The notes under the pieces: model-generated
Databases searched by the model: none
What the model was told of the DNA's origin: nothing
The model's input: the letters and a program-made list of their open reading frames with translations, nothing else
Source of the DNA: an uncultured Planctomycetota bacterium
Lineage (GTDB): Bacteria > Planctomycetota > Planctomycetia > Isosphaerales > Isosphaeraceae
DNA: 64,000 nt
Assembly (NCBI GenBank): GCA_963737655.1
Contig: CAVTTN010000002.1
Coordinates: 224,001 to 288,000 of the forward strand
Reading direction: 5' to 3'
Program-made: the position numbers and the translations under genes
Shown here: piece by piece, positions 34,913-47,948 of the stretch
Position numbering within the stretch: the first letter of the stretch is position 1
Layout of the letters: each line of letters starts with the position of its first letter

Positions 34913-35749
34913 GTGATCGCGCGAACCCTTCCGATCGGCCTGGCCCTGCTCGTCCTGTCCGCACCCCTGGCGCGGTCGGTCGAGACGCCGTCGGATGCCT
35001 CGGACGACCTGACCGCCCGGGTCGGCTTCGATCAGAAGATCGGGGCGCAGGCCCCGCTCGACGTCCGGCTCAAGGAAGACTCGGGCCGGGCCGTCCGGTT
35101 CGGCGAGGTCCTCTCCGGCCGCCCGATCGTCCTGGCCTTCGGCTACTTCGAGTGCCCGATGGTCTGCAACGAGGTCATCAACGCCATCACCCGGACCGCC
35201 CGGGCCCTGAACGGCACGGTCGGCAAGGATTATGACGTCGTCTTCGTGAGCATCAGCCCGCTCGAAGGCCCGGAACGGGCCCGACTGGCCAAGGCGAGGG
35301 TCGTCCGCCGGTACGACCGCCCCGGTACCGACGCCGGCTGGCACTTCCTCACCGGCGAAGATCCCGAGATCCACCGCCTGGCCTCGGCCCTGGGCCTCCG
35401 CTACACCTACGACGAAAAGACCCGGCAATACACCCACCCGGCCGGCGTGATCGTCCTGACGCCCGATGGCCGGGCGTCTCGCTACATCTTCGGGATCGAC
35501 TTCCCGCCCAGGAACGTCCGCCTGGCGCTCACCGAGTCGTCGGGCGGGAAGCTCGGCACGGTCGTCGATCAGCTCGTGCTGTACTGCTACCGCTACGACT
35601 CGGCCACCGGCCGGTACACGCTGGCGGTGATGAACCTCGTCCGCATCCTCGGGACCCTCACGGCCGTGACCCTCGCCGGGTCGATCGTCGTGATGATCCT
35701 TCGCGACCGCCGCCGGCAGTCCGCCCCGGCCGGCGTGGGCAACCCCTGA
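34913..35749 (+). CDS. SCO/SenC-family copper chaperone
   Basis: CPMVC, WHFLTG, YTHPAG and LYCYRYD. Confidence 0.9.
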   Translation: MIARTLPIGLALLVLSAPLARSVETPSDASDDLTARVGFDQKIGAQAPLDVRLKEDSGRAVRFGEVLSGRPIVLAFGYFECPMVCNEVINAITRTARALNGTVGKDYDVVFVSISPLEGPERARLAKARVVRRYDRPGTDAGWHFLTGEDPEIHRLASALGLRYTYDEKTRQYTHPAGVIVLTPDGRASRYIFGIDFPPRNVRLALTESSGGKLGTVVDQLVLYCYRYDSATGRYTLAVMNLVRILGTLTAVTLAGSIVVMILRDRRRQSAPAGVGNP

Positions 35750-35775
35750 CCGTCCCGGAGCGAGCAAGCCCACCC

Positions 35776-36749
35776 ATGTGGAACGTCCCTCTCTTCCCCG
35801 ATCAGGCCTCGACGCTCGCCGGCCGGGTGGACGTCGTCACGTTCGTCCTGCTGGGCGTCTCGGCCTTCTTCACCCTCCTGATCTTCTGGCAATTGCTCTA
35901 TTTCGGGATCAAGTTCCGCGCCGGCTCCGCGGCCAGCCGGGCCGGGCGGGTCAACGCCAATCACAAGATGGAATACGCGTGGATCGGCGGGACGTTCGCC
36001 CTCTGCGTGTTCCTCTTCCTGGTCTCCGCCCAGGTCTTCTACGACCAGTACGTCCCCCCGCCCGACGCGATGGACGTCTCGGTCGTCGGCAAGCAGTGGA
36101 TGTGGTACGTCCAGCATCCCGAGGGCCGGAGGGAGACCAACGAGCTGCACGTCCCGCTCGGCCGGGCCGTGAAGCTCAACATGATCTCGCAGGACGTGAT
36201 CCACAGCTTCTACGTGCCGGCGTTCCGGATGAAGCAGGACGTCTTGCCCGGCCGCTACACGTCCACCTGGTTCCAGCCCACGAAGACCGGCGAGTTCTAC
36301 CTGTTCTGCGCCGAGTATTGCGGGACCAATCACTCGTTGATGGGCGGGAAGGTCGTGGTGATGGAGCCGGCCGACTACGAGGCGTGGCTCTCCCGCCAGA
36401 CCGACGGCGGCTCCGGCGGCCCGGTCGCGGGCGGCTCGATGGCCTCGGTCGGGGCCCGGCTCGCCCAGCGGTATCACTGCAACGACTGCCACGGCCAGAA
36501 CACGACGGCCAAGGCGCCGTCGTGGGTCGGCATTTTCGGCAAGAACGTCCCGGTCAAGGACGGATCGGGCGTGAGGCTCGTGAAGGTCGACGAGCGGTAC
36601 ATCCGCGACTCGATCCTCACCCCCCAGGCCGAGGTCGTCGCCGGCTACGAGCCGAGCATGCCGAGCTTCAAGGGACAGATCAGCGAGGATGACCTCATGC
36701 AGATCATCGCCTACATCAAGACGCTCGGCCGGAAGACCGGGGGGATGCA

Positions 36750-36753
<4 letters not shown>
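35776..36753 (+). CDS. coxB: Cytochrome c oxidase subunit II with C-terminal cytochrome c (caa3 type)
   Basis: GKQWMW, DVIHSF, CuA motif [12 protein letters not shown]; heme c motif CNDCH...MP. Confidence 0.95.
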
Positions 36754-39088
<2,335 letters not shown>

Positions 39089-39092
<4 letters not shown>

Positions 39093-39439
39093 CCACGACC
39101 CCCACCGAATCGGCCCATTCCGCGACGATCGAGACTCATCTCGACGTCCACATCATGCCGGTGCGCACGTACCTGATCGTCTTCGGCGTCCTGATCGCCC
39201 TGCTGGCCACGACGATCGGCGCGGCGTTCCTGCCGATCGGCGATTTCAGCCTGCCGCTGGCCCTGGGGATCGCCGCGACCAAGGCGATCCTGATCATGAT
39301 GTACTTCATGCACCTGAAATTCAGCAGCCGCCTGACCTGGATCTTCGCCGGGGGCGCCTTCTTCTGGCTCGGCCTCCTGATCGTGATCACCCTGGGCGAC
39401 TACCTCTCCCGAGGATGGCTGGCCGTGGACGGGAAGTAA
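39089..39439 (+). CDS. coxD: Cytochrome c oxidase subunit IV (caa3-type)
   Basis: Three TMs; IAATKAILIMMYFMHL. Confidence 0.88.
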
Positions 39440-39479
39440 TCATTCGGACGGACCAACCGCCAGGACATTCAGACGGACC

Positions 39480-39637
39480 AACCGCCAAGACGCCAAGATC
39501 GCCAAGGGACGGAGAAGAGGAGAAAAGCCGAGAAGAGGAGAGAAGGCGAGAGAAGACGACAAGAGAATTCACGAATTCTTACTTTTTCTCTCTTCTCCTC
39601 TCCTCCGTCCCTTGGCGATCTTGGCGTCTCGGCGGTT
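39480..39637. repeat. Long hairpin repeat element between convergent genes
   Basis: AACCGCCAAGACGCCAAGATCGCCAAGGGACGGAG (39480-39514) and its inverse (39603-39637, 1 mismatch) enclose purine-rich and pyrimidine-rich halves. Confidence 0.8.
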
Positions 39638-39649
39638 CGTTTTTTCCGA

Positions 39650-40885
39650 TTAAGCGGTCCAATCCGCCGAGCCGTCCCCCCGATACGCAAGGTTCCCGAG
39701 CTGCGCCGCCGAGGCCGCCGCCACTCCGGCCTCGACCGGCGCGTTGGGCACCTGTCGCGAGCGGACGCAGTCGATCCAGTTCGTCAGGTGGAGCAATTCG
39801 CCGTCGGGCTTGTCGTAGAAGTCGCGACCCCTCGCCGGATCGCTGCCCAGGATCATCGACTCGACCTTCCCCTTGCCTCGCTCGGGCGTGATGACGAACC
39901 CGCCGCGATCGGCCGTGAGCGTGCCCTCGGTGCCCATGAACTCGGCCATCGCCCCGTTGCGGGCGTTCGAGAACGTCCCCTCGAAGTAGACCTGCACGTC
40001 CTTCGGGTACCGCAAGAGGCACTGGATCGTATCGGGCGTCTCCCAGATCCCGGCCGAGGCGAAATGGTTGCCGATCGTGACCGCCCGCTCGGGGCGATCG
40101 ACGCCCATGAACCAGTGGGCGACGTCGATCCAGTGGACCATCAGATCGGTGAGCAACCCGCCGCCGAAATCCCAGAACCACCGCCAGTTGCGATAGCGGT
40201 ACTCGTCGAACGGCTGGTCTTTCGCATTGCCGAGGAATGCCTTCCAGTCCAGGGCTTTCGGGTCGAGCGACCCCGCGCCCGGCTTGGCGAACCGATCGCC
40301 CGTGTTGCGGTTCCACGTGAGATGGGCCTTGAAGACCCGGCCGATCCGCCCGGAATCGATCAGCCGCTTCGCCTCCTGGAGATGCGGCATGCTCCTCTGC
40401 TGCATGCCGACCTGGACGACCCTCCGGCCCCTGTCCTTCGCGGCGATGACCTTCGCCCCTTCGGTCAAATCGTGTGTCAAGGGCTTCTCGACGTAAACAT
40501 CCTTGCCGGCGTCGCACGCGTCGATGGTCATCGGCACGTGCCAGTGGTCGGGCGAGCCGATCAGGACGGCGTCCACGTCCTTGCGGTCGAGCAGCTCGCG
40601 GTACTCCTTCACCGCCAGCGAGTCGGCCCCGGCGATCTTCCGGGCCGACTCGCGATGGGCCTCGTTGATGTCGCAGACGGCCACCAGCTTCACGCCCGAG
40701 ACCGTCGCCAGGCTCCTCATGAGGGTCTGGCATCGGCCTCCGGTGCCGAGGCAGGCGACCCGAATCGTGTCGTTGGCGAGGTAGCCTCGGGCACTCTCGA
40801 CGGACGAGGCGCCGATCAGGGCCGTCGTCCCGGCCACGCCCATGCCTTCGAGAAATCGGCGGCGAGTCTCCGCAATCGGTCGCAT
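39650..40885 (-). CDS. Gfo/Idh/MocA oxidoreductase, TAT-exported
   Basis: TRRRFL signal, GTGGR, PDHWH, YVEKP, QVGMQQRS and WRWFWDFGGG. Confidence 0.92.
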   Translation of the reverse strand: MRPIAETRRRFLEGMGVAGTTALIGASSVESARGYLANDTIRVACLGTGGRCQTLMRSLATVSGVKLVAVCDINEAHRESARKIAGADSLAVKEYRELLDRKDVDAVLIGSPDHWHVPMTIDACDAGKDVYVEKPLTHDLTEGAKVIAAKDRGRRVVQVGMQQRSMPHLQEAKRLIDSGRIGRVFKAHLTWNRNTGDRFAKPGAGSLDPKALDWKAFLGNAKDQPFDEYRYRNWRWFWDFGGGLLTDLMVHWIDVAHWFMGVDRPERAVTIGNHFASAGIWETPDTIQCLLRYPKDVQVYFEGTFSNARNGAMAEFMGTEGTLTADRGGFVITPERGKGKVESMILGSDPARGRDFYDKPDGELLHLTNWIDCVRSRQVPNAPVEAGVAAASAAQLGNLAYRGDGSADWTA

Positions 40886-41001
40886 CGGAAAGGCCCCGGG
40901 GAGAGGTCGTCGGCCGCCGCCGACCCCCGGCCGGCCCCTAGGCCCGACGAAGATCGTACCGTATCAGACCCCGAAGCCCCTGTCGATCGGCCGACGCCTC
41001 G

Positions 41002-41739
41002 TCAGGCGAGCGCCGGGCCTGTATGCTTCCGTCGTCGCCGGTTCCACCACGCCCCGATCGGCAGGCCCAGCCCGAGCAACGCCATCGACCCCGGCTCGGG
41101 CACGGCGTTCGGCTCCACGGTCACCAGGCCGGCGTTGAACGAGAAGCCGACGGTTCCGTTCGCGTCGTAGAACGTGGTCGGATAGGACGAGGCCAGGCCG
41201 ATCGTAAACGTATCCCCTACGCTGGCATTATGGATCTGAAGATTCAAGGTCAGGAGGAGTGAGGACGAGGTCGAGGAGATCGGCACGTCCGAGAAGTCGT
41301 TCGTCGAGTCCGTGGCGTTGAACTGGTCATTCAGGCTGCTGTCGGTCCCGTTGAAACTTCCGCTGGTCGAATTGACGACCTGCCCGATCGCGGATTGACC
41401 GGGGGCCGGGGGCATCGGAGGGAAATCCTGGCCGGCGCTGTTCATGTAGAAGACATAGCCGGGATTGCCCAGCTCATCGTCGGTCTGGGTCGGGAAATTG
41501 AGGAATCCGCCCTGGTTCGAGATGCTGGGCTGGATCAGCAGGCCAAGGCTGAACGTATTCAGGTATTCCGTCCCCGAAGAAGCGTGGATGATCACGTTCA
41601 CCGAGGCGGTGCCGTCGCCGGTCGTCGGATCGACGTGGATGATCGCGTCGGTCGGGACGTCGATCACCAGGTCGGCTCGGGCAGAAGCCGAAAGACCGAT
41701 CGCGAGGGACACCGCAGCCCAGAGGGATCGTCGAATCAT
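41002..41739 (-). CDS. PEP-CTERM sorting-domain protein
   Basis: Signal peptide (ASARA-D); C-terminal VPEPGSMALLGLG...RRRRK. Confidence 0.9.
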   Translation of the reverse strand: MIRRSLWAAVSLAIGLSASARADLVIDVPTDAIIHVDPTTGDGTASVNVIIHASSGTEYLNTFSLGLLIQPSISNQGGFLNFPTQTDDELGNPGYVFYMNSAGQDFPPMPPAPGQSAIGQVVNSTSGSFNGTDSSLNDQFNATDSTNDFSDVPISSTSSSLLLTLNLQIHNASVGDTFTIGLASSYPTTFYDANGTVGFSFNAGLVTVEPNAVPEPGSMALLGLGLPIGAWWNRRRRKHTGPALA

Positions 41740-41893
41740 GGCGATAAATTCCCGCCGGGGAGGCTTGGGGAGGCTCGGGCGTCGTCGGCCGTCGCGTCGG
41801 GGTAGGGACCAGGCATGGCATCATCCTACCTCGCGCGGCGCGTTTCTCCAAGGCGTTCGGACGTGTATGATGCCAGCCGTCATCAATCCCCGG

Positions 41894-43318
41894 TCACGCC
41901 AGGATGTCCCGGACGATCTCGCCGTGAACGTCCGTCAGCCTCATGTCCCGGCCGCCGAACCGCATCGTGAGCCGCTTGTGGTCCATCCCGAGCAGGTGGA
42001 GCATGGTGGCGTGGAGGTCGTGGACCTCGACCTTGTCCTCGACGGCGTGATAGCCGTAGTCGTCGGTCGCGCCGTGGATCGTCCCGCCCTTGATCCCTCC
42101 GCCGGCCAGCCACATGGTGAAGCCGAACGGGTTGTGGTCGCGGCCGTCGGAACCCTGGGCCATCGGCGTCCGGCCGAACTCGCCTCCCCAGACGACCAGG
42201 GTCGAATCGAGCAGTCCGCGGCCCTTCAGGTCGATCAGGAGGCCGGCGATCGCGCGATCCACGGCCCGGGCGTTGTTCTCGTGGCCTTCCTTGAGGTTCG
42301 AATGCTGGTCCCAGCGGTCGCCGCCGACGGTGGGGCAGAGCACCTCGACGAACCGCACGCCTCGCTCGACCAACCGCCGGGCCGTCAGGCAATTCCGGGC
42401 GAACAGGCGGGCCGGCGGGTAGGGATCTTCGAGCCCGTAAAGCTCCTTCGTGGCCTTGGTCTCGCCGGAGATCGCGGTCAATTCGGGGACGGCCGTCTGC
42501 ATCCTCGCGGCCAGCTCGTCGTTGGCGATCGCGGCCTCGATCGCGTCGTGAGGGCCGATCCGCTCGACGACCCCGCGATCGAGCAGCTTCAAGAGCGCCC
42601 GCTTGCGAGACTGACCGGGTCCGGGCGTCACGTTGGCGATCGGGTGCTCGCCCGTCTTGAAAACGGACCCCTGATAGGTCGCCGGCAGGAAGCCGTTGCC
42701 GAAGCAATCGGCCCCGCCCGGGGGGATCAGGCCGCAGCTCAGCACGACGAACCCCGGCAGGTTCTCGCTCTCGCTGCCCAGGCCATACGTGACCCACGAC
42801 CCGTGGCTCGGCCGACCCTGGAGGCCCGAGCCGGTGTGCATGAAGTAGTTGGCGGCGGTGTGCTCGGAGAAATTCGCCGTCATCGACCGGACGATCGCCA
42901 TGTCATCGACGCACTTCCCCACGTTCGGGAAGAGGTCGCTCACGGGGATGCCGCTCCGGCCGTACTGGCGGAACTTCCAGGGGGACTTCAGCACCGTGCC
43001 GACGTTGTTGAACTGGGTGGGCTGGACCTTGGCCTGGATCGGCTGGCCGTGCTCGCGGTCGAGCCGGGGTTTCGGGTCGAAGGTGTCCATCTGCGACGGC
43101 CCGCCGTCCATGAACAGGAAGATCACGCTCCGGGCCTTCGCCGGGAAATGGGTGGGGCGCGGGGCGAGCGGGTCGGTTCGCGACGAGGGCTCGGCGGCCC
43201 GGCCCGATTTCGGGTCGCCCCACAAGGCCGCCAGCGCGAGCATGCCGAACCCGTTGGCCGACCGGGCCAGCATCTCGCGTCGATTCATCGGAACGGGCTG
43301 ATATCGTCCACAATGCAT
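41894..43318 (-). CDS. DUF1501 protein (TAT signal)
   Basis: NRREML, VIFLFMDGGPSQMDTFD, ARRLVERGVRFV, GEFGRTP and GRDHNP. Confidence 0.92.
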   Translation of the reverse strand: MHCGRYQPVPMNRREMLARSANGFGMLALAALWGDPKSGRAAEPSSRTDPLAPRPTHFPAKARSVIFLFMDGGPSQMDTFDPKPRLDREHGQPIQAKVQPTQFNNVGTVLKSPWKFRQYGRSGIPVSDLFPNVGKCVDDMAIVRSMTANFSEHTAANYFMHTGSGLQGRPSHGSWVTYGLGSESENLPGFVVLSCGLIPPGGADCFGNGFLPATYQGSVFKTGEHPIANVTPGPGQSRKRALLKLLDRGVVERIGPHDAIEAAIANDELAARMQTAVPELTAISGETKATKELYGLEDPYPPARLFARNCLTARRLVERGVRFVEVLCPTVGGDRWDQHSNLKEGHENNARAVDRAIAGLLIDLKGRGLLDSTLVVWGGEFGRTPMAQGSDGRDHNPFGFTMWLAGGGIKGGTIHGATDDYGYHAVEDKVEVHDLHATMLHLLGMDHKRLTMRFGGRDMRLTDVHGEIVRDILA

Positions 43319-43329
43319 GGCGGACCTCC

Positions 43330-43421
43330 GTAGGGTGCATGAGATGCACCAACAAGCCGCGGCCGTCGGCCGGGAACCGACTGCAAACTCGGGGGGAATT
43401 GGTGCATTTCATGCACACTAC
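43330..43421. repeat. GTAG-type REP doublet (REPIN)
   Basis: GTAGGGTGCATGAGATGCACCAA (43330-43352) and the inverted copy TTGGTGCATTTCATGCACACTAC (43399-43421). Confidence 0.75.
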
Positions 43422-46400
43422 GGGATGAAAACGAATTCCTTGACGTTGAAGAGCACGTGGCACAGGTCGGCCCAGGCGGAGGGGTCATCGGCCCGGTCGC
43501 CGAGGAATTCCAGGGCCTCGGCGCGTTCCTCGGCGGTCGGTTTCCTCGCGAACGCCGTCTCGTAGACGTCGTCGAGCCGTTCGGAGGGCGAGCGAGTCCG
43601 ACCGCCCATCGTCTTCTTCGCCCAGAGCTTCGCCTGGGCGGCGACGAACGGGTCGTTCAGCAGGGTCAGGGCCTGCGCCGGGACGTTCGAGACGTTCCGC
43701 CGGCCCATCGTCGAGGCCGGCGCCGGGAAGTCGAACGCCAGGAGCATCGGCGAGAGGAAATTCCGGCGGACGTTGAGGTAGAGGCTCCGGCGACCGTCGC
43801 CGTCGAGCGGCCCCGAGTGCCCGGGTCGGCCGCGGCCGTCCATGAACGGGGTCAGGTGGGGCGCCACGCTCGGCCCGCCGAGCTTCGGGTCGAGCCGGCC
43901 GGAGGCCGAGAGCATCGCGTCGCGGACCGCCTCCGCCTCCAGCCTGCGGACGTTCATCCGATGCCACGATCGATTGCCCGGGTCGAGGCGTTCGCCCTCG
44001 GGATCGAGACGTGAGGACATCTGATAGGCCCGCGAGAGCATGATTTCCCGATGCATGGCCTTCAACGACCAGCCCCGGCGGACGACCTCCGAGGCCAGCC
44101 AGTCCAGGAGCGCCGGGTGGCTCGGCGGCTGGCCCATCAGGCCGAAGTCGTCGGGCGTCTTCACCAGCCCCTCGCCGAAATGCCCCTTCCAGAGCCGGTT
44201 GACGATCACCCGGGGGGTCAGCGGATTCGAGGGGGCCAGCATCCGCCTGGCCAGTTCCAGCCGTCCGCTGCCCGACGCCGGCGCGGGCTGATCGGTCCCG
44301 GCGAGGACTTCGAGGAACCTCCGGGGGGCGACGTCTCCGGGCGTCTTCGAGTTGCCCCGGATCAAAATGCGTTCATCCTGGCCCGTGCCGTCGCAGACCG
44401 CCAGGCCGATCGTCGGCGACGGGATCGCCGCCTCGATCGCCCGGTAACGAGAGAGCAGGGGGGCGACCGTGGCGGGGCTTTCGAGCAGGCCGTTCGCCAT
44501 CATCGAGGCCACCAGGGTCGTCCGCGCCGGCCCGGAAGGCCCGGAGCCGAGCCGGCCGTGATTCCAGTCGGCCAGGGCCGAGGCCATCTCGTCGGCCAGC
44601 GATTCGTCGGTCGTCGAGGGAGCGGGCGGGGGGGGCGGCAGCGGCCCGAAATCGGCGAAGACGATCCGATCCACGGCGAGATATCCATCCCCCGGCAGCA
44701 TCCGCGTCCCCCCGCCGGAGAAGTCGGCCGCCGCGCCGTCGGCGAGTTCGAGGAAGGCGTCGTGGCCGATCCACATCGACACGTCCAGGACGTGCCACGC
44801 CGGCCCCGTCGTGTTCACGGCCCGGGTCAGGCCGCCGTAGATCGGGTCGCGGATCTTCTCGAACCCGTCCACCACGACGTTGATCCGGCCCGACTCGCCC
44901 CAGGCCAGCAAGGCGATGGCCTTCTTCGTGATGCGGAACGTCCGGGATCTCAGGACGCCCTGGAGGCGGTTCGAGACCAGGCCGCTATGCGCCACCCCGG
45001 GCGTCTCGGGGACCACGCCCGAGGCCGAGACCCGCGACGCGCCGACCGGGGAGGGCCCCGGGCCGAACGCCTGGCCGGACACGAACCAGTTGGCATACGT
45101 GGGCCCGTCGAATTCCTCAAAAGCCTCGCCGTTCGGCGTCGCGCCGGGGTCGGTCGACTGGGGCCAGGACCTCGCCCATCGGGTCCATCGCCCGAGCGCC
45201 GGCTCCTCCAGCCCCATCCGCCTCGCCACGGCGGAGACGCGCCTTTCGAGGGAGTCGGGAGGCTCGGCCCGGTCGCTGAAGACCACGTGATCGAGGCTGA
45301 TATTGCCCCAGGGGCCGGGGTCGCGATCCACGACCTCGATCCGCGCCGACCGCCCGCGCCACGGCCTCGCGTCGAAGGCGTGCGGGCTCATCCGGTTGTC
45401 GTCGTGGCCCGTCGCGGAGAGGACGGGCTTGCCGTCGACCACCAGGTTCACGCACGTCTTGCCCGCGTGCGACCCTCCGCCGATCAGGAAGTGAATATAG
45501 TCCTGCTTGATCGGGAATTCGGGGGAGACGAGCGTGCCGGTCAGGTAGTCGCGATCGGTCACGCTGCCGACCACCCGGCCGTTGTGCGAGCCGACCAGCC
45601 CCCGGCCCTTCGAGGCCACGTCCCCCTGATAATCGGGCACGGGCAGGCGGATCGGCCCGGCCCCGAAGGCGGGCCCGTCGGCCTTCCAGCCCTTCTCGGC
45701 GTAGCTCTCCGACTCGAAGTCCTCGAACAGGACGTCGGCCGGGTCGTCGAGCGGGGAGGTCGGCGAGAGGGCCTCTCGCGACGCCTTCAGATAGGCCAGC
45801 GCCCCGGCCTTCGGCAATTTCGGCCTCGTCGCGGAGACGATCTCTCGCTTGAGCGCCTCCAGCTCCGACGCCTTCCCCTCGATCCTCCCGGGAGGGTCGA
45901 GGAACGCATGCTGATATCGGGTGCTGCGGACGAACCCGGCCAGCGAGTAATAGTCCCGCTGGCGGATCGGGTCGAACTTGTGGTCGTGGCAGCGGGCGCA
46001 GGAGACCGTCAGCCCGAGGAACGTCTTGCTCAGGACGTCGATCTCGTTGTCCAGCCTCAAGACCTCGTCGTCGCGGACGTCCACCGGCGAGTGCGTCCCC
46101 TCGCCCAGGAGGTAGAACCCGGTGGCGAGCAGGGATTCGTTCGTGCCGTCCTCGGGATTACGCCGCGGGTTCGGCAGGAGGTCGCCCGCGACCTGTTCGG
46201 TCAGGAATTGATCGTAGGGGAGGTCGGCATTCAGGGCACGGACGACGTAATCCCGATATTTCCAGGCGTCGGGGATCTCGTAGTCGAATTCGTGGCCATA
46301 GGTCTCGGCGAAGCGGACCAGGTCGAGCCAGTGGCGGCCCCAGCGCTCCCCGTAATGGGGCGAGGCGAGGAGGCGATCGACGACCGTCGCGAAGGCGTCG

Positions 46401-47038
46401 GGCGAGTCGTCGGCGAGGAACTGGCGGACCTCCTCGGGCGAGGGCGGCAGGCCGATCAGGTCGAACGTGGCGCGGCGGATCAGGGTGGCCTTGTCGGCCG
46501 GGGGGGCCGGCTTCAGGCCCTTCGCCTCCAGGTCGGCGAGGAGGAATCGGTCGATCGGCCCGAGCGGCCAGGCCCCGTCCTTCACCGTGGGCGGATCGAC
46601 CCGGCGGATCGGCTGGAAGCTCCAGTGCTTGGCCCGTTCCTCCAGGTTGAACGGCTTGACCTTCGGGCCGGAAGCCTCGGCGGGGGGCTTCGCCGCCTCC
46701 TCGGGCCAGGGGGCGCCCCGCTTCACCCAGTCGGTCAGCACGGCGATCTCGGCTTCGGGGAGCTTCGACTTCGGCGGCATCTGGAGGAGGTCGCCATAGT
46801 TGATCGCATCGACGAGAGGGCTTTCGTCGATCTTTCCCGGGACGACGGCCGGGCCGCCCTTTCCCCCCGCGAGCGCCCCGGCTCGGGAATCGAGCCGGAG
46901 GTCCCCCTTCTGCTTCTCGGGGCCGTGGCATTTCTGGCACCGCTCGACCAGGATCGGCCGGACGTTCTTCTCGAAGAATTCGAGGTCTGCCGGGTCGATC
47001 GATCCGATCGAGGCGAGGATCGCGAGCGTGGCCAGCAT
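43418..47038 (-). CDS. Planctomycete cytochrome c + DUF1549/DUF1553 (PSD1) protein
   Basis: FFEKNVRPIL..CQKCH, HWSFQP, YGERWGRHWLD, CARCHDHKFDP, RVIVNRLW and VPAQAL. Confidence 0.93.
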   Translation of the reverse strand: MLATLAILASIGSIDPADLEFFEKNVRPILVERCQKCHGPEKQKGDLRLDSRAGALAGGKGGPAVVPGKIDESPLVDAINYGDLLQMPPKSKLPEAEIAVLTDWVKRGAPWPEEAAKPPAEASGPKVKPFNLEERAKHWSFQPIRRVDPPTVKDGAWPLGPIDRFLLADLEAKGLKPAPPADKATLIRRATFDLIGLPPSPEEVRQFLADDSPDAFATVVDRLLASPHYGERWGRHWLDLVRFAETYGHEFDYEIPDAWKYRDYVVRALNADLPYDQFLTEQVAGDLLPNPRRNPEDGTNESLLATGFYLLGEGTHSPVDVRDDEVLRLDNEIDVLSKTFLGLTVSCARCHDHKFDPIRQRDYYSLAGFVRSTRYQHAFLDPPGRIEGKASELEALKREIVSATRPKLPKAGALAYLKASREALSPTSPLDDPADVLFEDFESESYAEKGWKADGPAFGAGPIRLPVPDYQGDVASKGRGLVGSHNGRVVGSVTDRDYLTGTLVSPEFPIKQDYIHFLIGGGSHAGKTCVNLVVDGKPVLSATGHDDNRMSPHAFDARPWRGRSARIEVVDRDPGPWGNISLDHVVFSDRAEPPDSLERRVSAVARRMGLEEPALGRWTRWARSWPQSTDPGATPNGEAFEEFDGPTYANWFVSGQAFGPGPSPVGASRVSASGVVPETPGVAHSGLVSNRLQGVLRSRTFRITKKAIALLAWGESGRINVVVDGFEKIRDPIYGGLTRAVNTTGPAWHVLDVSMWIGHDAFLELADGAAADFSGGGTRMLPGDGYLAVDRIVFADFGPLPPPPPAPSTTDESLADEMASALADWNHGRLGSGPSGPARTTLVASMMANGLLESPATVAPLLSRYRAIEAAIPSPTIGLAVCDGTGQDERILIRGNSKTPGDVAPRRFLEVLAGTDQPAPASGSGRLELARRMLAPSNPLTPRVIVNRLWKGHFGEGLVKTPDDFGLMGQPPSHPALLDWLASEVVRRGWSLKAMHREIMLSRAYQMSSRLDPEGERLDPGNRSWHRMNVRRLEAEAVRDAMLSASGRLDPKLGGPSVAPHLTPFMDGRGRPGHSGPLDGDGRRSLYLNVRRNFLSPMLLAFDFPAPASTMGRRNVSNVPAQALTLLNDPFVAAQAKLWAKKTMGGRTRSPSERLDDVYETAFARKPTAEERAEALEFLGDRADDPSAWADLCHVLFNVKEFVFIP

Positions 47039-47078
47039 GCCGGGGTCTCCGAGGGTCCGCGTCTCTCTCGATTCGAGT

Positions 47079-47933
47079 TTATCCGAAGACGGCTTCCAAC
47101 GCCCGCCTCATGACGGCCGGGTCCGGCTCGCGGCCGGTCCAGAGGCGAATCCCGATCACGCCCTGATTGACGAGCATGCCGAGCCCGTCGATCGCGACGG
47201 CCCCGCGACGCTCCGCCTCGGCGATCAGGCGGGTCCGCGGAGGGTTCGGGATCACGTCGCAGACGAGCATCCCCGGCCGGATCGAGTCCGCAACGATCGG
47301 CACCTCGGCATCCACGTCCGGGAACAGGCCGATGGAGGTGGCGTTGATCACCAGATCCACATTCTCGGGGATTCGATACATTCCGACCCACGGAACGAAC
47401 TGCGACGCCACGCCGGTCCGCTCGCGGATCGCCGAGGCGAGCGATTCGCCGCGGTCGGCCGAGCGGTTCACGACCGTGATCGAGGCCACGCCGGCCATCG
47501 CCAGCTCGACGCCGATCGCCCTCGCGGCGCCTCCGGCCCCGAGGATCGCCGCGTTCGCGCCTTCCACCTTGCGGACGGCCTGGACCGACTGGAGGAAGCC
47601 CTTGCCGTCGGTGTTGTCGCCGATGGCCCTGCCGTCGCGGAGGATCACGCAGTTGACCGCGCCGATCTTCTCGGCGGCCGGCGAGAGTTCATCCAGGGAT
47701 TCGATCACGGCGACCTTGTGGGGGATCGTGCAATTGAACCCTCGCCAGCCCATCGCCCGGGCGCCCTGGACGGCCGCCTTGAGCCCTTCGGGCCGGACCT
47801 CGACGGTCAGGTATCGCCAGTCGAGGCCCATCGCGGCGAACGCGGGCTCGATCATCGCCTGGGTCGGGTTCTCGGCCACGGGGAAGCCGAACACGCCCAC
47901 GAGCTCTTGCTTGAACGACCGCGAATCGGACAT
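47079..47933 (-). CDS. aroE: Shikimate dehydrogenase family protein
   Basis: GFNCTIPHK, IGAVN, NTDGKGF, LGAGGAARA, INATSIG and GLGMLVNQG. Confidence 0.88.
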   Translation of the reverse strand: MSDSRSFKQELVGVFGFPVAENPTQAMIEPAFAAMGLDWRYLTVEVRPEGLKAAVQGARAMGWRGFNCTIPHKVAVIESLDELSPAAEKIGAVNCVILRDGRAIGDNTDGKGFLQSVQAVRKVEGANAAILGAGGAARAIGVELAMAGVASITVVNRSADRGESLASAIRERTGVASQFVPWVGMYRIPENVDLVINATSIGLFPDVDAEVPIVADSIRPGMLVCDVIPNPPRTRLIAEAERRGAVAIDGLGMLVNQGVIGIRLWTGREPDPAVMRRALEAVFG

Positions 47934-47948
47934 CGGCGGCGCCTCGGG

